64,000 nucleotides of DNA. It comes from Raillietiella orientalis (taxonomy: Eukaryota). Below the pieces are notes generated by a model. The model had not been told where the DNA came from, made no database searches, and was given only the letters and a program-made list of their open reading frames with translations. Where the stretch lies: positions 4,216,001 to 4,280,000 of the forward strand of contig JAYWIR010000002.1 of NCBI GenBank assembly GCA_036172245.1. The letters are read 5' to 3'. The position numbers and the translations under genes are program-made. This document shows, one piece after another, positions 26,094 to 39,019 of this stretch. Each line of letters begins with the position of its first letter. Positions within the stretch are counted from its first letter, which is position 1.

Positions 26094-29000
26094 GTGAGTT
26101 CCGCTCCAACGTCTCGGAGGTCCCTTTGCACGGGAGCGGACGAGCCCGGGAAGCCGTGCCGCATTCCCAGGCGTCTTCTGCAGGGACCCTCGAACTCGCT
26201 CGCGAGCGGCATCCGGTGGGCGCGCCGCAGCCCGAAAGTCCCCCGGGAGCCGGCGAGAGCAGCCGTTCGACCTTTGCACTCTCCAGCCAATAGGACGGCG
26301 GACTCTGCCCCTGCGATTCATATTTCCCCTTCTCCACTGTTTTCTTGCTTGTCCTCCCCGCAAGGGGAACCTGGGTGTACACGGCAGCACCTGTCCGCTA
26401 CGGTGGGGTTGTCCTTTGATCACGCTCCTGGCGTCCCCTTTCGGGCTTGTCCTCAGCAGCAGTGGTGCAAAAGGCGAGCCTCTGGACCGTTGAGTCCACC
26501 GGATGCTGCACGGACTGACTGCATGCCCCGGGTGGTTTCGATGAGCTCGGAGAAAACGATGATCAGCTCGAGAGCCATCCTAGAATAGGGCCGCCCACAT
26601 GAGCTCTCTTTTTGAGCTCCCGGGAGCGGTGTTTAGAAGACATTGGCGGGTCCGCGCTCACGAGGGTTCCGACAGCCGTCGGCGCGCAAGCGCGATCGAC
26701 GATCGAGCGGAGTCGGTCTTTGCGCCGGGAGCGCATGCGCCGCGTTCGGCAGCTGCCAGACGCGCGCCCGCGAGAGCGCGCGGCAGTGAATTAGGACGTA
26801 GCACCGGGTCCTGAGGTCGCTTCGGACGCGGTCAGATCCCAGGTCCAATGGCAGAGATCCCCTCTGTTCCTTCTTCTCCTCTCCCTCCCGCCCGGTGCCT
26901 GGAAACCGACGAGTCGCGTGACTCGACCACGCAGCACCCCGAGAGGAGGGGGACCGTCGAGTCTCCGTCCCCGATCGGTGCTGCGTGTGCAGGCGAGTAG
27001 CCGCGCTCTCCAAGTGGAAATGGCCCTCCACCTAGAGCGGGGATAGACGCGCATGCGAACTCCCGAGCCAGAGGCCCAGGTCCCTCCCCCTTCCCCCTCG
27101 TTAGGGAGGGGCTGCTGCTGACGACGCCGGCGCTTCGAGACGCCTTCCTTTGTCTTCTCTCTCGTCAACCGTGGCCTCGTTCCATCGAAGCCCTGCAGCC
27201 CCCAGATGGACCGGGGAGTGTGACCGGTGAAAAGTGCGACCGGCGCGCGCTCCAGCATTCGTCTAGCGGGGGTGCCCTCTATGCGACCTTTCCGACCCAA
27301 AGTCCGTGGCGACCTCGCTCCGGCGAGGGACTGGGAGGAAGAATAGGCAGGAAATCTACGCGCAGCATAGAAACGTCCGGCAACCAGCGCCTCCGTAGGC
27401 GGCGGCGAAAGCACGCGCTGGAGCGCCACTTCCCATCCCTCCGGGAGATACCCAGGCGCGCGCGAGGGAGAGGTGACGCTCGCCTCGGGAGGAAAGGACC
27501 AGTCGCTCTTGGCCGGGCAAAGAGACCTTCGTGGCCAGGCGACTAGAGGACTATTTGTGGCGCCTACGCTTCGCCGGCCTCCCCTCTCGAGCCGGAGTAG
27601 GCAGCGGCGCTTCCTCCAGCGACCATCCCTTGAGGGGGAGAGAGCGAAGAAGGGAGGGAGGTGGCCCTTGGGACCCCCCACACATCGAGTCGCCCGGCCG
27701 CCTGCGGCAAGAGCAGCCGGCGAGAACGGGAGATCCGATCCGAATCTTCGGAAGGGTCGCTCTCGATGCTTCCGCTTCCCTCCCCTCACTCCTACGTGTC
27801 CCGTTGCTGCGGGACCCGCTGCTGTGGAGTAGCCGAGGATTTCCTCGCCCCCCCCCCTTCCTTGTGAGGGTGGGAGGGGACAGTCGGCGGACGCAGCAGC
27901 AGTCCCGAATCGCACGTCTCGTCACGAAGAGGGTCGAAGACGCACCAGTCCGATTGCCACGGAAGAGGGACTTCGTGGGAGATGGAGGGGGGAGGGGGAG
28001 AGGACTAAACCTCTGACTTCCGGAGGAGGAGGGGGAGAGAGGAAAGGAAGGAAGAGATGCTCTTCGGTCTGCTGTCACCGTCTTTTATCACCCGCGGCTG
28101 CTCCCCCCCGTCGCCTCCGGAGCGCTCCGCTCCGTGCTCCCGGGAGTCTGAAGTTTCCCGAGATGCAAGGTGCATCCTGCACCTGCGAGGTGGCGACCCT
28201 CCCCCTTCGATGTTGAAGCCGCATCGCTCGGTACGCGGCCGTGAGGAGTCCGTAGTTCGCTAGCCATCCGGGAGAGGGGGTTGCCGTCGATGGGCGCGCG
28301 CACTTCCGAACGGTTTTTTCCCCGCCGCAGCCGTAGGACCGTCACTTGCGTTTCACAATCTTCCTGTCCAGGCTCTTCCAGAATGCCGATGCTCCTCTGC
28401 ATCTGCCAGACGCCTTCCCCCTCCTTCCTTCGCCCTTCCCTCGCCATCCTCCTCTGTGGATCGGCAGGCAGTGCTCGCGCCTATCAGATGGAGATATGAC
28501 TGCCGGCTCTCCAGCGGCAGATTCGGAAAACACGGAGAGCTGAGTCATCCCTGGTACCGAGCGAACAACCCTTGGCAACACGCGCGTTCTCCCCTCCCTC
28601 CTGAAGGGAAGAAGATGGCAGGGAAACGCATTCAGCACCAGCACGACTCGCACAGCCTCCTCCTGCACGCAGAGTAAGGCCGGACGGGAAGGACTCACGC
28701 CCTCTCGGGGTGGTCCCGTGGCGCACCCGTCGGGAAAGAGCCCGCCGACCGCACAGCTGCCGCTGCCTTCCGGGCTGGCAGGAGGCAGTGGCACAGCGGC
28801 CCGTGGACCCCGGGCGGCACAGCGAGAGGCGTGGGCGGGGTGCAGCCGCAGGCTGCCACGCCCTCTTCAGGGATCGATTGGAGCGCCTCCCGACCTTTTC
28901 CTCCCCTTTCGCTCGGCCTTCCCCGAGGGTCGGCGACGGCTCCCACAAGGGGCGCGCTTGCGCAGCACCCGCCATTTCCGATTCATCTCGATGGAACCAT

Positions 29001-32000
29001 CCAGTCGACTCCCTCCTGGATGCCAGGGAGAAACCGGGAAAAAAGAAGGGAGGGGGCGCTTCCGTCCGCCGCCCAGGGAGAACGTACGTTCTTCCCTCCC
29101 TTTTATTTTCGTCCTCCCTCGTTCCCCACCCTATCGCTCTCGTTTTCCTGCGCGTCCAGAAGACCACTGCTCCTGCCTTGGAGGCCCGAAGCTACCCGGA
29201 CGATGATCCCCCCCCCCCCCCCATCTACCTGGGGCACGCCGGAAGGGAGGGAGACGAAGAGGGAGGAACCCTCCGATCTGTCTGGGAGATGGGATGTGCT
29301 CCCAGTCCCTCCTACCCCTCCCGTCGCTCAGTCGACCCCCACGTCCTCGAGAGCCTCCCTGGGATGAGCATCTAGGAGCATCCCTCTCTTCCCAGAAGGC
29401 TTGCTGCGTCCTCGGAGGGGAGTAGGAGCTTCCCAGACGGGCGGCGGTCCTCCCCTTGAGCCGTCCTTCCGCTCTCCATTTGGGGATCCTCCAGCAGCTG
29501 GTCGTAATGCCGGGTCCCTGCCAACCCGATGGGGGAGTCGGGCGGGCGAGCGAGGAGCAGGGAGGAGGCTCCGCTTCAAGAACGGCGGGAGGCGTCCCGG
29601 CTCTCCCTATCCAATGGCATAACCCCGAGAAGGGTCCAGGAACTTCCCGGTCGAGAACTCGGCAGCCCTGAAGGCGCGTCCCCGGCTCCGCTGCTGCAGC
29701 AGCTGCAGCCGCCCCCCCTCCCATTCACGCTGTCTTCCTGGCGGTCCTAGCCCTCGGTCGGCCCCGCTTCCCTTCCCTCGCGTGGACGCCTGTGCGCGCG
29801 AGCACTCGGCTGGGTTGCGAGGTGCCCGGGGCATCCAGGACCGGCTAGGTGACCTGTAAGACGTCTCCCCCTGGTTCTCCTCCCGGGCTCGCGGAGAAGA
29901 CCAGGACACCGGGAGGCGTTCATTCTCAGCCGAGCGGGCGCCCTGCTCTTGGCGCCGACGAGGAAGCGGATCGCCGGCCGGCCATACGATCCCTGGGCTT
30001 TGCTCCGTCCTAGGAAAGGGGAGCTCCTTCTGGAGATGGGGGCTCACACGATGCTTCACCCACCAGGAGCTCCCGTCAGGGAAGGGGGGAGCCCGCGGCG
30101 GTGCTGCAGCGAGCAGGGCAGCGCCAACCACAGTCGCCGCATCCCAGCTGAGAGGGCGAGGGAGGGCACGGTCGAGTCGGGGAGCGGCTGCGGAGAGAAT
30201 CCCGGTCTCCAGGAAGATTAAGGGAAGGGAAGGGGAGGGGGGTTCCCACGCCCCCCTTCTTCTCCTCGCCTTCCTCCCTTCCCAAGTGGGGAGGTCGTCG
30301 TCCGGGCTGCTTCCCGGTCCACTCCGCCCTCTGCGCGGAACTCGCACCGGAATGCACTCCAACCTTCCCCGCGCGTGGCAACCACCGGGAGAAGCTGAAT
30401 GGCTCGGCGGGTGGCGCGGAAAGAAAGTGAGGTCTGGGATCTCCCAGGCTCCGGGGGACCCCAGAGGGAAGAGAAATGTCCTTCCCCTTCCCGCCCGTAC
30501 CACGAGGTCAGGGGACGCCTTTAGGAAAGCCGGGGGCATGGGGAAAAGTCAAAGAACCTGGAATCCAGGGAACGTCGGGAGGGGCGGAAAAGGGAAGGAA
30601 AGGGGATTCCCCCCCATTTGCTCCTTCTTTCTCCTCTCGCCGACAGCTGTCGTTGTCTTACCCGTGCCCCGCCCACGCGCAGCCGCTAGTGGCAGGAGCG
30701 AAGCGTCCCTGCCCTCCCCCACTGGCTGGGATAACGCCAGGATGGCGCCGCGGAGACGTCCGGGGGATGAATGAGGAGGAGGGAGGAATTCTCTCCGGGA
30801 AAGGGCGCCTAGGAGATCCCCAACCGTGGCTTCGGGGCTGAAGGGGCGCTGCCTCTCCCGGATCCAACGCGTGGGGACTCGAGAGACCGGAAGCGCGGCG
30901 GCCTCTCCTCGAGAAGGGCGAGATCCCGGGAAAACGATGGGAAAGAGGAGGGGAGGGGACAGGACTACCGGCTCCGAGGACGACGCAGGAGTCTGCACGA
31001 TGGCTCTGATGCGCTCCACGTTCGGAAGATGGCGGGCAGGGCAGCGAGAGGGGAAAGCATCCAGACGAGAGAGGCTACTAGCCTCAGCGCGGTGACATAG
31101 CAACGCCGTATCACGGGACGGGTGATGACTCAGGTCGGCGCAGGTGCTGCACTAGAAAGGGGAGCCGGAAGGCGCGTAGTGGCGTGGCGTGCTGAACACG
31201 GCCGGGTGGCCAGGTGGCGCGCGAGGAGGGGATGTGGCACACCGGCAAGGATTGAGGGGGATCGTGGGTGGGTGGTCACCGTGACCCGACGGCACGACGG
31301 GCGGCCATTTTCACGGCATCAGGACGTGAAGGAGACTCGTCTGGTGGTGATGTCCCGTCCACAGCCTGAGGGAGGTGGATCTCCCGAGCTATTGCAGAGA
31401 CTCGCAGTTCGCGCGTTGCAGGCGTCGCAGGGTTAAGCCACCAGAGGATGTCCCCACCCAGAACCACAGAGTTCGCGGGGGAAGGGGAGGAGGAAACTGG
31501 GAAGCAGGGTCGATGCGGATTCCCTCGATCTCGTTAGAAGTCACATCCTCACATGCAAGGTCATCACGCACGCCTGTGGCCCCGCATCTTCCGCAGTGGC
31601 TGCGCCTGCAGCACGCGTGGCCGAAGGTCAGCGGTTGTTTCGACGGCGCGCGGTGAATGGGACGGCGAAGGGGAGGGAGTTCTGTCCGTGGGCTGAGCGC
31701 ACCTCCCTGCGCGACCCCTCTTTGCCTGGAGGGATCGCGCGCGCTCCCTCCTTCCGCTCCCGCCAGCGCTCGGGCGCGCCGACGCCCCCAACCGGACCGC
31801 GGCCTGAGGGGATCAGCATCCATGCGGCGTTCGGCGCGTCCCCCCGGAGGGACTGACCCACCGCTCCTCGGGATGCTGCTAGTTGGTCCGGGAGCGCTTC
31901 GAAGACCCGTCCCGCAGCACCGCGGCGGCGGCCGACAGGACTTCTTCCGGCCCGCGAGCGGCGGCGAACGCCTCTCTCCCTTTCTCCCCTGCCCCTCCGC

Positions 32001-33109
32001 GGCAAGCGAAAGTCCGCCCGCAGGACCGAGGAGCTCTGCCTCCTGGCGGTGGCGGCACATGGGAAAGCGTCTCTGATCGCCGTCGCGTGCCGAGAAATCA
32101 GCCGCGCGCGCGCAGGCGCCGCGCTCCTCTCTTGAGCGTCCGGGCCTGCGCAGTTCGCTCCGATTTCAACAGACCCCTTGAAAAGAGTTGGGAAGTGCGG
32201 CGCGGCGCAGCAGTGACCGTCCCGGAGGGGTGGCGCAAGGAGCTCTCAATCCTTGCCCCTGTCTTATTCTTGGTGTGGTCCTTCCCTCGCCCCCTCCTGT
32301 GAAGCGCCGCCTGAGAGCAGGGCTCGGTAAGAAGTTGGGGGACCAGAAGGCACCGACTCCGGGGACGAGAGAGATCCCCTCCCCTGCAGCCGCTTCCCTT
32401 CCGCGGGCGAGCGCGTCGGCAAGCTCGGGAAGCCGGCGAGGACGCAGGCGCACTGCGCAGCAGCTCCCGACGGCGGGTGCCACGTTGGGTCGCGCGGCGG
32501 CGGCTGGGGATATTCCGGGAATGCGGTGGAGCCTCTTGCGCGCGACATCTACAGAGCTACCGGATGGAGCGGGATCGACCGACCGGACCCGCTCCTCCCT
32601 TCCCGCGTGCCTCCCGTGTCTCCCGCCGGGCTCCCTCCCCAACTGCGGAGTATTCCCGGAAATCACCCCGGGATGCTGGCGCGTCTCCCTTTCGATCACG
32701 GCATCGCCGTCCGCTTCCCCTGCGGGAAATATCGAGCGCGACCGGCCCGTGATTGCGTGTACACCTGTACCTGTGTACACGCGTACGCACGCGGGGACGA
32801 GGGTCTGCATCTCCCTATCGGCGAGAAGCGTCTCCGGAGTGTTCTGCCTCGGCCGCGGGAGCCGTCCCGGGAACTTGGTATCGTTTGCTGCCATGTTCGT
32901 TCCCTCCACCCCCCACCCGCTCCACCCCTGGGGGAGTCGGTGTGAGGGCAACTGGAGGACCGCGAGTGCATGGCGCTGGGTATGCAGAGAGCGAGTTCAG
33001 AGGCCGCGCAGCGAATGGACGTGCTCCCCGCCCGATCCTGGCGCCTCCGTGTCCCCACGGGCGGCAACGCTTCGAGAGAGGAAAGGGGGGGGGGGTCCAG
33101 TGAACAGGT

Positions 33110-33660
33110 AGGCGTCCCCACGCCCAAACCAGCTGCCCGGCGCCAGCGGTTCCGCACCGAGGTAGGGTCAACTCGCCAGCGCCCTGTCCCATGGGTGTAT
33201 CGCCTCAGCCATGCGCGGCTGCGGTCCCCGTGCGTGGCACCCGGAGTCGCGGGTTCGACTCCCTCTCGGGGAAGGACCGCCGCCGTGAATGGGCAGGACG
33301 ACGCTGGCTGGCCCACGGCACTGATGGAAGCCGGATGGCCCTTCAGGGTTCTTCCGATGAGCTCTTCGAGGTTAGCCCTACACTCAGTTGTGAAAAGGGA
33401 GCCGAGTCGGTTGATACCCCTCTCCGGGGTGTTGAGAAGGAGCGTGCTGCTCCCTTCGGGGAGATGCCCTTCAGACAGAACGGGAAGCATCTTTTCGGAG
33501 TTCCCTCCCTAGAGTGAGGGAAACGGACTCTTTCCACCGGAGCGCTTCCTGGATTCATAGGGTGGTCCCCTCCCTGGATACCCCCTATAACTGGGGTGGA
33601 ACAAAGAGCGTTGAAGAGCTTCGTGAGCTCTTAGGGGAACGGTTCCAGGAATGCAGTGCC
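33110..33660 (-). mobile_element. Internal LINE ORF2 fragment (copy E)
   Basis: GPPYESRKRSG matches copy B GSPYESKKGSG; LGSLF; AWLRRYTHGTGRWRV...AGLGV matches LLRIVLWGKGRLRV...GGLGL; 33550-33630 is similar in DNA to 23350-23450. Confidence 0.65.
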
Positions 33661-33987
33661 TGAGACTGCATCCCCACGTCCGCCAACGCGGGCGGATCGC
33701 AGGGGGTTCCTGCCCGGGGAAGACTGCAAGAGCAGGCGCACTAAACAAACAAACGAATGAATGTAACAAAAAAAAAAAAGATGGCAGGCGGAAGGGAAGA
33801 ATGGACGGCAGTCGAGTGCGCCGCGCTGCATGCGATCCCGGAGACGTCCTTCCTCTCACTGTCCTCCGTGCGGGTGCACCTCGCTGTTGCTCTCCCGCGT
33901 CCGGGGCGGCGATGCGGATGGGTGGACGGGGTACGTCCTGCCGCCGCCGCCGCGGACTCGTAGCGCTGCGGTCGCCACGGCAGGTGG

Positions 33988-34138
33988 GGAGCTCTCGCGG
34001 CGCACGAGGTGACTCAGCAATGTCTCGGAAGCTGCGTCCTCGGGTTCAGGGAGCCTCCAAAAAAAAGAGAAAATAAAAAAAAAACCGAAGAAGAAAAAAG
34101 GAAAAAAAGCTGGAAGGGAAGCAGCGAAGACAGGAGGG
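33988..34138 (+). repeat. 151-bp segment, copy 1 (putative donor)
   Basis: Identical to 35461-35611 except one A/G. Confidence 0.95.
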
Positions 34139-35460
34139 AGGCGCTCCGGCAGTCGCTGGTGCTCCGTACCTGCACGCACGCGCGAGTTTCCTCCTGCTGC
34201 TGCTCCTGCTCTTCCTCTCGAGTGTTTCTTGAGCCGATAAATCTGAGGAGCCGAAGGTTCCCATAGCTGAAAAGGACACCTGGGAAGGCACGGCATTGAG
34301 AAAACAGAAAGAAAAAAAAAATCAACGAGCAATCCCAGAGAGGGAGAAAATTATCGAAGGGAGTGAAGGACGGAAGTTATCGGAGGACCTGATAACGGGG
34401 ACGTGCGCGATCGTGGGAGCACGAGATAACGAAGCGAGCGGGTCCCGCTGAAAGGGCACGCGCATCCACTAACGCTCACTGCCTTCACCTGTTTCCGCGC
34501 TGGTCGCAGCCGGGGACAGACAGGACTCTTCCTTGTTTCCTTTCTTTGCTTCCTGCTTTTCCTTTGGCCGACGCCGCTCTCCCCGGAGCTTTTGTTGCCC
34601 GTCACGTGGTTTTGTTGGTTGGCGTCCCTCCGCGCCTCGCTCGCAGGGTCGTCACGTGCTTCGCCTGGTTCCAGAAGCACCCTGGTCAAGCAAGACTCCC
34701 CCAGACGCTTCTGGGGGACCATCGAGGACTTCGATGGCTCTCCACCCTTGATGGCCTTTCAGCAGCGTTTGGGGCTTGGGGGGGAGCTTCCTCCCCCCCT
34801 CCTTCCCCCGCCCGAGTGACCCCCGAGGCGGCTGGCTCGGGAGCGCCGCCTTGGCGCATGCGAATGTTCCGCTTTTCCTGAGTCCTCCAAAGCGTCCCGA
34901 AAGACCCGTTGCCTCGGGCAGGACCTGCGCCTTCCTTGTCGGCCGGGAGGGGGCTGCACGAAGGAGGAGCAGTACCGGAAGCTTTGGGAAGACGTCGTAA
35001 AAGTCAGGAGAAGGAGGAAGGCGACAGAGTGGTCGGAGACGACAGCAGACGCAACCACCGCTGGGAATTTATGAGAGCCGGCATGGGAGGGGGGGGGGAG
35101 CGCCAATTCCCTGCTTGCTGACTTTCTTGACGCTGGGGAGGCACGCACTTGGATCTCGGGGAAGCAACAGGAAGCCGCGGCAGGCGGTCGCATGCCAGGC
35201 GCCGCACGCACCGCGCAAGGGTTTCGCAAGAGGTACCAAGAAGATCGCTGTCCCAGGAGAGACTACAGAAGTCCAAGGATGTCCACCTCCCGCGCCAGAG
35301 GGGAGGCTCCACTCGGACAGGCCGCCTCCTCTATCCTCTTCGAAAAGTCGGCTCTCCCTTGCACTGTCCACGAAACGTCCACCCTGTGAGGCGGTTAGGA
35401 CCTCCGAGCCCAGTCCGCGTCTGAGTGATCTTCCCTGAGGAGCACCCGCCTCCGGCTGCA

Positions 35461-35611
35461 GGAGCTCTCGCGGCGCACGAGGTGACTCAGCAATGTCTCG
35501 GAAGCTGCGTCCTCGGGTTCAGGGAGCCTCCAAAAAAAAGAGAAAATAAAGAAAAAACCGAAGAAGAAAAAAGGAAAAAAAGCTGGAAGGGAAGCAGCGA
35601 AGACAGGAGGG
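35461..35611 (+). repeat. 151-bp segment, copy 2 (putative templated insertion)
   Basis: 150/151 identical to 33988-34138; begins with GGAGCTC, which recurs at 35611-35617. Confidence 0.95.
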
Positions 35612-38600
35612 GAGCTCACGGCTGTCACGCCGGTGAGCAATGGAGTGTCCGCGCGAGACTGCATGCAGGTACCCCGATGAGAGCGAGGGCGTCGCCGGCC
35701 TGGACGGCTTGCCGCCCGCGCGTGTGGACGAAGGCGGGAGGAAAGAAAAAAGGCTGCCGCGATCCGAGGAAGAAAGACCACCTGGTCACCAACGACCTCA
35801 CTCTGCAAGCGTTGGGGACCTCAGACCGAACGGGTGGACGCCGTCCTCGGCCTCCGCTTCTGGTAGAGCATCTTCTCCAGCAACATCAAAGACTGGCCTC
35901 GGTCCAGCGACCTGTGCAGAAGAGAAGAGATCGAGAGGAGCAGAAAAAACGCGTTCCACTTTTCCCTCCGGGAACCGTTTGGCAGGGAAGGGATGGTGCC
36001 AGCAGACGTTTGCCTGGATTTTTCCTCCTCCTGGAAGGAGGGAGCTGCCACGCATTTTCATTGGCTTTCGTGTTCGGCACGGCCAGCGATGCCGATTCCT
36101 CCTCCGTACATCCGGCGCCGGAAGAGTAGGGGCAGGAACTCCCATCCTCCCTCGGGTAACATTCGTGGTGCCTCGAGCCTCACGGTGTCGCTGGTCGCCT
36201 ACAGGGGGTCCTGGAATTCGCGAGCAGGGTTCAGGGAGCAACAGCGGAAGCGGCTGCAGGAGTCGCCTGTTCATCCCGGCAGTCCTGTGTATCCGGCTCG
36301 ATTTTTCCCTTTTTCTTTCCTCCTCCCCATTTTTTCTTTTTTTTGCTTTTTGCAATGCTGATGGTCCTTTGCAGGAGACGTGGGGAGATCTTAGAGGCTC
36401 GAGGGGAGGAAGACAGATGCGGCTGTATCTCGGAAGGAAGGGGGAAATGACGGGCGGCTCCCCTCTTTCGTTGCCATTCAAGAAATGGCTCTTCATCTCT
36501 CACGCGCGGGAGATGCCGGGCGGGTGGGGTGGACGCGAGAGAGGGAGGCGAGGGGGCGGCATCTACGGCTCTCGGGTCGCGCTCGAACCCACGTGAAGAA
36601 AATCGCCCGGCAGGTAACCTCTGGCCGCTCTGCCCCCTCAGCATCGTCGTCGCTTCGCTACGCTAGGGAGGGCTGCTGGGAATGAAACAGAAGATCTCGG
36701 CCCACAAGCCGGAACGTCCTGCGCTTCGCTCTTCCCCTTCCACCTCGAACGCGCTCCCCGGGTGCTTCTGAAGAACGGCGCACCGACTTGACCTTTCCCC
36801 TGAGGATGGGGTCCGACCCTCTGCCTACCTAAGGAGTTGGGGAGACCTCCCCGGGACATGGGGAGTGCGCACTTCTCGCTCTGTTCTGGAGCAGGCCGGG
36901 GACTGAACCGTTCGGGAGGGAAGGGAGGAGGGGCGAAGGGGGAGTCTGAAGTGGATGCTCCGGAGAGGGCGGCACCGAGTTCTCGGACAGCCAGGAGCAG
37001 AAACAGCGACCCAGAGACTCCCAAGGCCCTGTACTCCCCCTGCTAGTTCGTGCCCTCCCTTCGGCTTCTGGGAAATCAGGAGAGGAAGGAGCGTGGACTC
37101 TCCCTGCAGCCGCCACCCGGGAACAACGGTGCCCCGGAAGTCACGGGCATGGCCTCAGGGATCTGTCCGGCGTGTGTCGTACGGGACCTGCAGAAGGGCG
37201 CGCGCGAGGGGAGCGGCGGATGAGGGGGGAGGGGAGTGCCGATCGAGGCACGGCAGCCTAGGAAGGGTGCTTGAAAAAATCGCCTCCTCCGCTGAGAGTC
37301 ATCCCTGGACCAAGGGCTGCTGCGGTCGTGGGTACCGGCTCTGGACCTTGAGTTGCAGCCAGAGAAGGGAAGCATCCTGACGACCTCGGAACCGAAGAGG
37401 GGAGCAGACTCTTTGGAGAAGGGAAGGAACGTGGCGATCCCTTTTTATTTTTTTTTTTCGGGAAGGGAGCAGGGAGCTGGCGGGAGAGAGCGCGTTCATC
37501 CCGCGAAAGTATTCTTTCGTGCCGAGAGGTCCTGGGCCATTGCCGTCGCCATGGGAACGGCGGTCGGACTCGAAGCGCGAGCAGTTCGCAACGCTGGGGA
37601 CCCTCCCTCCTCCGGAGGCCGGGGACGAAAGCAGGGGCGAAGGTCGGCAGCGTCCACTCCACCCTTTTTCTGTTCCAGATTTATCCTGTTCTCTCCTGCG
37701 GATCCGGTTCGCTCCAGATGAAGGTAAGCAGTCAGCCAGGACTCTTCGACTCTTCCCTGCTTTCCCCGCGGATCCCTTCCGCTTCCCCCCTCGTCAAAGA
37801 ACCACATGCCCCTAAGGCTTACCCCCTACCAGGCCCTCTGTTCTCCTGGAGTGGCCGTGACCCCGCACGACCTCGGTCTTCCCGATCCGTGGAGGTCGGT
37901 GCGCGGAAGTCGGATTCAGCGAGGCCGGCTGGAGACGCCTCGTGGCCTTTTCTCTGCGCCCGTGCGCGTCCGCGAGGAGGTACCCTGGAATGGAAGGGGA
38001 AGAAGGGGCAGGGGGAGCTCCCGGAGCGCGCGTCGGAGAAGGAGAAGGTGGTCCCGGCGGGAAACTCGGACCCGCCTCCATCTGAGTCTCGACCTCGCTC
38101 CCTGGAGGCTTCTGTGAACGAAAAGGCTCAGCACCTTCGCCTCTCTTCGGAGGGCAACGAGAGGGATCTCTAGGGCTCTCCCGGATATGGAGGGAAGAGG
38201 AATCCTTCCGGTTCTTCCCCCTGGCCACCGGCTCACTCCAGCTCTCTCCGGTCGGTTCGCCCGCCGCAGACCGAGGGTTCCCTTCCTGCGCTTCGCCGTC
38301 GCCCGGGGAAACCTCCCCGCTGCCCCCGAGGGACCTATCGCTCCGCTCCTCTGCACTGGCGGGAGGAGTCCCTTCTTCTTCTCCCTCCCGCCTCTGCCCC
38401 TCTTTTTTCCTCGAGGATCCGGACATGAGCTGCCTCTGCCCGGGGAACGCCTTTCCTCCGGCGCCAGCCTCGATGGCACCGGCGCCGCCCGCCCAGGGCA
38501 GGGCAGGTTCCGCTGCTGCAGCTCTCTCCTTCCAGCCGCTAGAGCGGATGGGTCCTCCCGGCTGCGAAAGGCCGGGGCCCACCCGCGCCCCTGCGGGCGG

Positions 38601-38968
38601 CGGTGACCTTCCGAGGCCGGCGCGGGAGCGCGGGAGCAGTCCCTCCGGGTGCTCCGCGGGAGGAAGGAGATTCGCCAGCTCGCAGGAGACGTCTTTCCGG
38701 GTGTCCCTCGACCCCGAGGGGCCCGCCTTCCTGCGAGGCGACCTCGCCAGCCCCCGGGTGGCGGCGCCGGGCGGCGTTTCGCCAGGCCGCCCGGACGTCC
38801 TTCCTGCGGCCACCTGCGGGCGCTTCCTTCCTGGTCCGCCGGTGAGGGGTCAGCGCTTTCAGGATGGTTTGGTGTGACCCGCCTCAGGAAGAAGGGAGGC
38901 GGGAATTTCCTATGGGAGAGCCGGAGACCATCTCCTGGCGACCTCTCAAGGTGACCCTCTCTTTCCAG

Positions 38969-39019
38969 AAGCAGGAGATCCAGACGGAGACTTGCGGGGC
39001 CATCACGGTGTTCCTGCAG
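38969..39019 (+). CDS. NDRG-family gene exon 2
   Basis: CTTTCCAG| acceptor; KQEIQTETCGAITVFLQ; CAG|GTAAGC donor. Confidence 0.85.

Noticed and set aside
33224..33272. tRNA-like stretch with B-box GGGTTCGACTCCC resembling the 3' half of tRNA-Asp
   Set aside because: No A-box, D-arm or cloverleaf; the opposite strand is collinear LINE ORF2 sequence (copy E).
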